A stretch of 64,000 nucleotides of DNA from Octopus vulgaris. Taxonomy: Eukaryota. The notes below the pieces were generated by a model. The model was given only the letters and a program-made list of their open reading frames with translations. It did not search any database and had not been told where the DNA came from. The first letter of the stretch is position 1, and each line of letters opens with the position of its first letter. The stretch covers positions 122,946,001 through 123,010,000 of the forward strand of contig OX597819.1 of assembly GCA_951406725.2 (NCBI GenBank). Reading direction: 5' to 3'. Positions 55,056 to 64,000 of this stretch are shown here, in pieces. The translations under genes and the position numbers were made by a program.

Positions 55056-55329
55056 AAAAAATAATAAATAAACGCACACTTTTAAAGCCTAGCTAGGATC
55101 TAGGGCCCGGTTTCCCGGTTTCCCGCTTTCTATGGCGTACGTATTCGCCAGCTGGACGGGACTCCAGTCCATCGCAGCGTTACTCATTTTTGCCAGCTGA
55201 GTGAACTGCAGCAACGTGAAATGAAGTGTTTTGCTCAAGAACACAACGCGTCGCCCAGTCCAGGAATCGAAACCACAATCTTACGATCATGATGCTGACA
55301 CGCTAAACACTAATCCACGCGCCTCCACA
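55056..55329 (-). mobile_element. tRNA-derived SINE family D (Meta-domain-like)
   Basis: 13-bp TSD AACTGGTCACTTA. Contains CTGCGATGGACTGGAGTCCCGTCCAG. Confidence 0.85.
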
Positions 55330-56376
55330 AACTGGTCACTTAGCCTGCTGGAAAGAAAAACCAAATCTTTCAAAGTTAATGATTTCTGGTATTCAAAGAG
55401 AGGAACAAGTTCGATTATTTTAGTCTGAAATATGCACTACCCATAAAAATTACAGGATGCATGGTCCTGGAACACTTCTTTATCATAGGCCTTTCTAGCG
55501 ATATTGTATTTCGGCCATATAACGGACAATAATGCAAACATTTTCGTTTCAATACAATATCGCCAAGATATCACAATTAAATGATAACAATCTAAAGAAG
55601 AACAACTATTAAACAAAGTGCCATTACTAACTTGCAGATACAACAACTAATTACCAAACACAACAACGTCCACACAGCAACAACTTTATACATACATAAG
55701 AAATTTTAACTCAAGGTGAGCATCTGCTACTGGTTGAAAATTGACAAGAAAAACTTCCACCGTGTTGAAAATAACGGCAAAAATAAAGAAACATAAATAT
55801 TTGTTTAAAAAGAAAAGATAAAGATAAAAAAATATGCTACACAGATCAAATTATCATAAGCCTTCTGCATCTTCTTTATCATCTTCTTTATCTTTAACAC
55901 TTCTTTATCATAGGCCTGCTGCATCTGAGATGGCCTGAGACAAAGCAACAACAGAATCCACAATTGTTTCTAGCGATATTGTATTTAGGCCATATAACGG
56001 ACAATAATGGAAGCCCATTCGTTTCACTACAATATCGCCAAGATATCACAATTGAATGATAACAATCTAAAGAAGAAAAAGTATTAAACAAAGTGTCATT
56101 ACTAACTTGCAGATACAACAACGTCCACGCAACAACAACTCTTGGATCATAAATGTCATAATCTGAATGAGCAACTCTTGAAACGTTGATAAATTTTTCT
56201 GAAATTACGCTCAGGGGGCTGAAATAAACAAATGATACATTATATAATGTACTTAGGAGTTAGGTCTGATGAGGCCACTTTGAGCAGGACTGCGGCCTGT
56301 GGTAGGGTTAACCTTCCAGCTCTTGCGGGAACTCCTTTATAGCTACAAGAAGGAGCTGAAAAACTCTTGGCTTTAA

Positions 56377-56512
56377 CCCTTTCAGCCTTGATCTCCTGAA
56401 CCTCATTTGACCATATAACTGGCTTCTTGATGCACTCCACCTGTAGAGCGGTGCTACGGTATAGAGAAAATTAAGCCATCCACCGGTAAACCGGTGTTAC
56501 GGGCTCAAAGAG
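56377..56512. mobile_element. Probable piggyBac-type MITE
   Basis: TTAA-CCCTTTCAGCC ... GGCTCAAAGAG-TTAA. Confidence 0.55.
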
Positions 56513-56559
56513 TTAATGGTATCTCAAAAGGCCTGATTGGAGGCTCAATCTTCCGAGTT

Positions 56560-56698
56560 CTTTTACAGGGAGTTCTGAAGGACCGCTGCAATAAGTGTAT
56601 GAATTTGAGAGGGAAATATGTTGATTAAAATAATAATTGATTTGTTCTCCCGTATATTCTTTTACTCATGTCGAGGAAATTATTAGTACTCCCACGTA
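56560..56698 (+). mobile_element. mariner 3' end fragment
   Basis: LKDRCNKCMNLRGKYVD-stop followed by a TIR-like end TTATTAGTACTCCCACG-TA. Confidence 0.6.
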
Positions 56699-57442
56699 AG
56701 TAAACTGGAGCAATGTGAAAATGAAGCGTTTAAATGGAGGACAGGACGCATCACCCTGTCTGAAAATAGGAACCAAATTCTTACAAGAATCGAAGGTACA
56801 GTAACAGATGAAATACCTTTAGTCATAGGTCTGCTTAATCAGCGTTGTTATGGGGTTAAATAAGCAAGAGTGTTAATCGCCTGAATTCTATCCATACATG
56901 AGAAAATTTAACTCAAGGTGAGCATCTGCTACGGGTTTGAAAATTTGGAAGAAAAACTTCCACCGTGTTGAAAATAACGGCAAAAATAAAGAAGCATAAA
57001 TATTTGTTTAAAAAAAAGATAAAGATAAAAAAAATATGCTTTACAGATCAAATTAAGATAAAATCGAAAAACCAAACAGTAAACAAACAAAACAAAATTA
57101 ATAAAACGAAGTAAATTTACGCAACCCGTTCAAAATCTATAAATAGATTTACTTGAGACTGACTCGAATTTGCTATAAATACATTAAAAATAAAAGAAAA
57201 ATAGTTGAAAATTAAACCCTAATTTAGTCACTTAATCAATTTTTGCCTTGGTTTTTATTTATATTTTCTCTTTTCCACTTATGTATGTAAGCATTCAATC
57301 GAAAATTAAACTAGCTGCCATTTTCAATGAAATCTTTCAAAATATATATATTGATTAATTTTTCGCAAAGTTTCTTCGCCACTGATTTCATAATAAATAT
57401 GGTAGTTGTGTACAGAAGTCGTGTTGCTATTTACTTTTTGTC

Positions 57443-57473
<31 letters not shown>

Positions 57474-57701
57474 CATACATACATACATACATACATACAT
57501 ACATACATACATACGTACGTACGTACGTACGTACATACATACATACATGCATACATACATTGTATTCACAATGAAACTTGGATCAATAACTTCTTTACAA
57601 TAAGAAAGTCAATAACGGGGGTACCAATGTACGAAAGAACAGTTCATATATATATACAGAGTATATGAATGTAGATACGTATACATGCATACATATATAT
57701 G

Positions 57702-57739
<38 letters not shown>

Positions 57740-57984
57740 TATATATATATATATATATATATTTACATATACATATTTACACACATACATCTGTATTATA
57801 TATTATATATTATATAATATATATTATATTATATATATGTACACATACACACATGCCCTCATATTATTATACACCTCACTCACAGCATTCACATATAAGG
57901 CACACCTATAAATATGCATTTATGTTATATAATTATGTTCTGTACATATACATCCATATATACATACATACATACATACATATA

Positions 57985-58053
<69 letters not shown>

Positions 58054-58535
58054 GTGTATATATACATAAATATAGATATACACACACATACGCACTCATA
58101 TCTCTCTCTCTCTATCCCTTTCTCCCTCTCGCTACTCTCCCTCTCTCTATTCTCTCTCTCTCTCTCTCTCTCTGTATATATATATATATATATATATACA
58201 TATGCGTATGCATTCACTATTAAAGATATATGTGAATGTGCATTGGAATTGATTTACAAAGGAAATATTTACAATGCGTGTGATAGAATTTAAAACACGC
58301 GCGCACGCGCACACATCTATGCTATCTGTTTTACGTTAGTTACATTTATATTATTAGTTTTACATTTAAATAGCTTTTTTTTTTTTTTTTTCAAAAAAAA
58401 AAAGTGAAAAGGATTAATAAAGTTAAATTAAGTATAACTTCTTTTGTTTCTTTCTTCGAAATAAATGAGTTAATCATCTTGTGTCTCGTATTAATTGTTC
58501 ATTGATTGATACAAATATAAAATAAATGTGTGTAA

Positions 58536-58600
<65 letters not shown>

Positions 58601-58621
58601 AATCAATCTATCTATATACAC

Positions 58622-58675
<54 letters not shown>

Positions 58676-59322
58676 GTATGTATGCATGTATGTATGTATG
58701 TATGTATGTATGCATATATGTATGTATATAGATGTGTATATATGTGTAGATACCTATACATAAGTGTGTGTATGTACATGTGTATTTATATACATATACA
58801 TATATCTATCTATCTATATCTATATATTTATATATATATGTATGTATGTATATACATGTATGTATATATATATATATATATATATGTGTGCACTTCTGTA
58901 TGGATGGATATATATGCACGTATATATATGTGTGCGTGTGTATGGGAGCACACATACACTCTCACACGCACACGCACACGCGCAAATGCGCACATGGGCG
59001 ACTTTATTGTTTTGCAGTAATTGGCGTCAGACAGTGGCTACGCTGTCGAACCCATCTTCGAGAATGGTTTTTTTTCTTTATTTCTCATTTGTTTGCTTTC
59101 TTTTAACTAATTAACTTATTTATTTTCGATTACATCGACTGCAGGACTTGTAGTGTGAATGTTATTGACTTTGGTGAAGGTCGCAAGGAATATTCGAGCT
59201 GCCTGCAAAGGCCATATTCAAGGTTCTAAGAAAAACCACAACCATCTTATTCCTTATTCTTGTATCTGTGTGATTTGCATAGACATCCCCACTCCTACAT
59301 ATGTATGTATGTATGCATGTAT

Positions 59323-59388
<66 letters not shown>

Positions 59389-59413
59389 GTCTATCTATCT
59401 ATCTATCTATCTA

Positions 59414-59488
<75 letters not shown>

Positions 59489-59622
59489 TTAAGTTCAGCA
59501 AAATTTAGATTCAGATGAATATGGTACTTAAGTTAGATGCACCAGAATTTTGTATTGTGTTATCCATATAAATTCGTGGGGTGATTATAATCAAAATAAG
59601 CAACAAGAATAACTTCGGTAAT

Positions 59623-59707
59623 GTGGTACGATTGTTTCGCACTACATCATTTTGTTAAATGTTGCAATTATTACAACAGTTTTAAAATGCTGAGCACTCA
59701 TCAGCCA
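59623..59707 (-). ncRNA. Type I hammerhead ribozyme with long stem II, complete core
   Basis: TGG-CTGATGA-GTGCT...AGTGC-GAAAC-AATC-GTA-CCA. Stem II extends through CATTTT/AAAATG and TGTTGTAA/TTGCAACA. Confidence 0.78.
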
Positions 59708-60012
59708 TTAATAGAGGTTTTCCATTAATACATAATTTTCATATCAAGTGATAATATTATAGAGAAGGTAGATATATAGACAAAAATGTGGATTTAAATT
59801 TTAAGAACATTTAAGGTAGTGGAGTTTATCAACTGATATATATATGCAATTTTGGTAAATATATCATCGGTTGTATGAGATATTAGTGCTATTTTCATTT
59901 TTGCGTAATTTAAATTCATAATTTAAATCCACATCTTTGTCTATATATCTACCTTCTCTATAATGTTATCACTTGATATGAAAATTATGTATTAATGGAA
60001 AACCTCTATTAA

Positions 60013-60075
60013 TGGCTCATGAGTGCTCAGCATTTTTAAACTGTTGAAATGATGTAGTGCGAAACGATCGTACCA
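60013..60075 (+). ncRNA. Type I hammerhead copy with a core substitution (CUCAUGA)
   Basis: TGG-CTCATGA-GTGCT...AGTGC-GAAAC-GATC-GTA-CCA. Palindromic stem III ACGATCGT is intact. Confidence 0.7.
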
Positions 60076-60223
60076 AATTACCGAAGTTATTCTGGTTGCT
60101 TATTTTGATTATATATATATATATATATGAGTTTAGTAAAATTTTGATTCAGTTGAATAAGCAACAAAGATATGCAGAGTTGATGCAAGAGGTAATGCAG
60201 AGGTAATATATATATATATATAT

Positions 60224-60442
60224 ACTCTTTTACTCTTTTACTTGTTTCAGTCATTTGACTGCGGCCATGCTGGAGCACCGCCTTTAGTCGAGCAACTCGA
60301 CCCCGGGACTTATTCTTTGTATGCCCAGTACTTATTCTATCGGTCTCTTTTGCCGAACCGCTAAGTGACGGGGACATAATCACACCAGCATCGGTTGTCA
60401 AGCAATGCTAGGGGGACAAACACAGACACACAAACATACACG

Positions 60443-60476
<34 letters not shown>

Positions 60477-60647
60477 CATATATACGACGGCTTCTTTCAG
60501 TTTCCGTCTACCAAATCCACTCACAAGGCTTTGGTCGGCCCGAGGCTATAGTGGAAGACATTTGCCCAAGATGCCACGCAGTGGGACTGAACCCGGAACC
60601 ATGTGGTTGATAAGCCAGCTACTTACCACACAGCCACTCCTGCGCCT
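60224..60647 (-). mobile_element. SINE family A, full length
   Basis: Near-consensus copy. Confidence 0.92.
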
Positions 60648-60667
60648 TCATATATATATATATATAT

Positions 60668-60744
<77 letters not shown>

Positions 60745-60929
60745 CACTGTGATCTGAATAAATTGTCGTCTAAATTACGCAAAAATGAAAATAGCACTGA
60801 TATCTCATTTCAACTGATGATATATTTACCAAAATTACATATATATCTTGAGATACTACAGAGTAAATTTCGTTTAAAAAAGTCCCAACTCTCAACTTAT
60901 CTTTCTTCCTTATCGCATACCTTGTTGTC

Positions 60930-61085
60930 AGCTGGGCATGCTATGTTGTTTTCTTTTGCTCTAAAGCTGTGTTTGCATCCAATAAGTCCTCTCTTCCCTC
61001 TTTTTCTTGGTACTTACAGTCTGTCTCTGTCACTTTTTGGGTGGAGTGACCCATATCTTGTTAGCAGCTTCCTTGTCTTTCTGAG
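60930..61085 (-). pseudogene. R4/Dong-like non-LTR retrotransposon fragment
   Basis: RKTRKLLTRYGSLHPKSDRDRL*VPRKRGKRGL resembles the post-RT motif HP.....RLY.PR..GGRGL of RLE-type elements. Confidence 0.7.
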
Positions 61086-61177
61086 AATTAATAATGCATT
61101 CTCTACAAGAACACCTTTATAATCCTTATTTAAAAATAGAGTGCAAATCATAACTCATTCTCACTCCACACACCTTT

Positions 61178-61490
61178 AATCTTTTACATGATTCTGTCAT
61201 TGGATTGCGGCCATGTTGGAGCACCACCTTGAACGTTTTAGTGGAAAAGATCGACTCCAGTTCTTATGTTTAACGTCATGTATTTATTCTGTCGGTGTCT
61301 ATTGTCGAACTTCTAAGTTATAGTGACATATACAAACTAACACCGGTTGCTATATGTAATGTAGGACGTACGTCCATACGGTTTTCGTCCGCCACATTCA
61401 CTCACAAGGCATTGGTCGGCCCGGGGTTGTAGCAACAAAACTTGCCTAATGGCCCTAGCAGAGAAAATGAACCCGAAATCGTATGGTCGC
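61178..61490 (-). mobile_element. Old SINE family A copy
   Basis: Diverged family A homology. Confidence 0.78.
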
Positions 61491-62307
61491 ACACAATCTT
61501 ATTCCATCAAGTGACCTTATTTCGGTTGTTTTAGACACACTGCTAGGGTTCGGCCGTGCTAACTTCCGGCTTTCTGAAATTTCTCGGAATTCCGAATCCA
61601 ACCCTACATAAAATCCAAGGAAGATGACTCTAGTTCTTCGTTTGTCCATATCAATGATATTCGCATTTTAGTTATTCTTCTACTCCTCAAGTCGCCGGTT
61701 CGTTTACCTCGAATCAGGAAATACAATGTTTGACTGACCCAGAGGTTAAATTCACGCTCACCAGGATTTAAAACATTTAAAAGAGAATTAACCTTTATAA
61801 CCATTACCCCATTGACCTATAGAAAAATGTAGTAATGAAAAGCAGAATAGGAGCATAGTTGATAATTTGTGCAAGGAAAATGGCTAACTTCCAAGTATTG
61901 TGGAACACAACCGAGATAATAAATAAGGAAGAACACTAAGATTTGTCAACTAAATCATCAGAGCATGTGTTTATTTCCGTACTTTGTTAGTCAACCTAGC
62001 AAAGAGATTAAATATATATCGGAACGTATAATGAAAATGAATATCAAACTACGACCAGAAAATATTAAGTGCCTATTTCTTGTTAGTTAATTGTCGTACT
62101 CGATAACGGAAGAGTGAATATAAGCATTAGTGAATGTGGGACTAGCGTTTATTCACGAACCTAAAGTTATGGATCTGGTTTAGACGACATCTCAAGTAAA
62201 AGAAAAACTAACAATGTCATAAGCGACCGAACGAGGACAATTTCACTGAGTGTTGCATGGGTAATGTAAATGCCAGTGTTGGACGGTCAAAAAGTTTTAT
62301 AAAAATG

Positions 62308-62682
62308 ATTTCAAATTTTGGCACAAGGCCAGCAGTTTCGTAAGGGCTGGAGATGCTAAGTGGATTATATCGACTCCAGGTATCGACCTCGGAAGGATGA
62401 AAGTTAAAAGCGACTTCGGCGGAATTTGAACTCAGAACGCTAAGATGAACGAAATACCTATTTCTTTACTACCCACAAGGGGCTAAGCACAGAGAGGACA
62501 AACAAACGTATTAAGTCGATTAGATCGACCCCAGTGCGTAACTGGTACTTATTTAATCGACCCCGAAAGGATGAAGGGCAAAGTCGACCTCGGCGGAATT
62601 TGAACTCAGAACGTAGCGGCAGACGAAATACCGCTAAGCACTTTGTCCGGCGCGTGAATAATTCTGCCAGCTTACCACCTTA
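62308..62682 (-). mobile_element. SINE family B dimer
   Basis: Two consecutive units with CGGCGGAATTTGAACTCAGAACG. Confidence 0.88.
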
Positions 62683-63066
62683 TAATAATATTGTGTAATT
62701 GCGATAACTGTTAATCTCAGGAATACAGAACAACTTTACATACATGACATACATGCATACATATGTAAGTGAGTATGACCGGGCAAATTGCATCACGCTG
62801 TCTTTCTTTTATGCGGCTAATGGCGAGCAGCCATTAGACTCTCTCAACGCAGCGGATGGACCAGTCGGAAATAAGGGCGGCTTCGCCTAACTGGCACAAA
62901 TTTACTGCTGAGTAAACTGGTGCAATACAAAATGAAGTGCTTTACTCAAGGACACAATACATGAGTAGAAACCATGATTTTATGATGCGAATCTCAACAC
63001 CCTAACCACTCTGCGTCTTTATACGCACATGCTGATATGTACGTGTAAACACAATTGCTTATCCGC

Positions 63067-63108
<42 letters not shown>

Positions 63109-63258
63109 GTGAAATAGAAAGATGAATAATCTTGTAGTAGATTAATCAAAAGTTTAACCGATACCTTAGTAGCAAAAATCACAGCAGTAAACAGCACGGT
63201 TGGAGGTACAACCATATGGTGTTGCAACCGTGCGTTGGTGCGGATAATTGAAATTAAA

Positions 63259-63455
63259 ACATTATTGGTGAATTGAAGAAATGGAGCTGAACGCAGATTG
63301 AACAGAAATCGTTTTATTTCATTCTACACGTGTTTCGAAAGGCACAAATTACAAATCGGATTTTGGTAATTTGTGCCTTTCGAAACACGTGTAGAATGAA
63401 ATAAAACGATTTCTGTTCAATCTGCGTTCAGCTCCATTTCTTCAATTCACCAATA

Positions 63456-63459
<4 letters not shown>
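63259..63459. repeat. Perfect 94-bp inverted repeat with 13-nt loop
   Basis: 63259-63352 is the exact reverse complement of 63366-63459. Each arm carries GAAAC-ACGT-GTA. Confidence 0.95.
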
Positions 63460-63501
<42 letters not shown>

Positions 63502-64000
63502 GCGCGCGCGCGTGACTGTGTGTACGTAAGCGTGCGCATGTGATTGTATATATTTATATATGTATGTCTATCACTATATATATAGTAACAGAAAATGGGG
63601 AATTTCGATTAACCCCACGCGGTGATTTGTAATGTATATAAGAAATTAAAAAAGGAAAATACTTTACATAATTTTAATATAATTTTTAATATATCTTGCT
63701 AAATTGTAAAGGATATTTATTTTGATGTGTATCGGGTAGCATGAGCTAAAGAGGGCATATTGTTTTGAGTCAGTTGGTTTATAACTCTCTATTGTGATAA
63801 AAATTTGGTATATACTCAAAATATTCTAAGAAGTTTTATCCTTCTGTTAAAATTTCATTCTTAATAATCTTCTTGATTACCCTAAATTTTAACTTTATAC
63901 AATAAGACAATATTGTTTGAAATGACCTTTAGAAATTACTTGATTTATCTCTTTCTTAAATGGTTCTACCCACCTGATCTTAGCATTTATAAGGGCCTTT

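Larger units (their letters stand above)
55470..57055. repeat. Local duplication of a ~390-bp unit, second copy split
   Basis: 55470-55685 recurs at 55895-56140 and 55690-55853 recurs at 56893-57055. Confidence 0.85.
59586..60113. repeat. Long palindrome (about 200-bp arms) carrying a hammerhead on each arm
   Basis: 59586-59800 is a close reverse complement of 59920-60113. Confidence 0.92.

Noticed and set aside
56266-56300. Isolated CTGATGA (also near 18053, 26059, 37911 and 60814)
   Set aside because: No correctly placed GAAA, NUH site and stem pairing, so not counted as hammerheads.
59019-59067. Candidate small host exon after TTGTTTTGCAG
   Set aside because: Weak donor site, no recognisable protein and no partner exon.
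61490-62080. Possible old Penelope RT-linker region
   Set aside because: Only faint similarity (HYP, FPYF). Cannot be supported without a search.

Overview
AT-rich, microsatellite-saturated animal DNA with no recognisable host gene exon, so probably a large intron or intergenic region. The SINE families resemble those of Octopus (recognition from memory, not a database result). Almost all ORFs in the track are artefacts of (TA)n, (CA)n, (CATA)n and (ATT)n repeats. The only long real ORF is a 5'-truncated but uninterrupted CR1-group LINE ORF2 (about 9445-11945). The window also holds decayed pogo and mariner transposons, a Helitron helicase remnant, Penelope GIY-YIG remnants, an RTE 3' end with three C2H2 fingers, an R4/Dong fragment and more than 30 tRNA-derived SINE copies or fragments. 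The most notable hidden structure is a set of type I hammerhead ribozyme motifs. One is complete and lies directly 3' of a Penelope ORF remnant (4696-4778). Others sit inside small non-coding, often palindromic elements next to (TA)n tracts (for example 47111-47170, 59623-59707 and 33167-33201). Second, the LINE and the most abundant SINE share a 39-nt 3' tail with compensatory stem changes, which marks a LINE-SINE partner pair. Third, one SINE head/body occurs with four different 3' tails.
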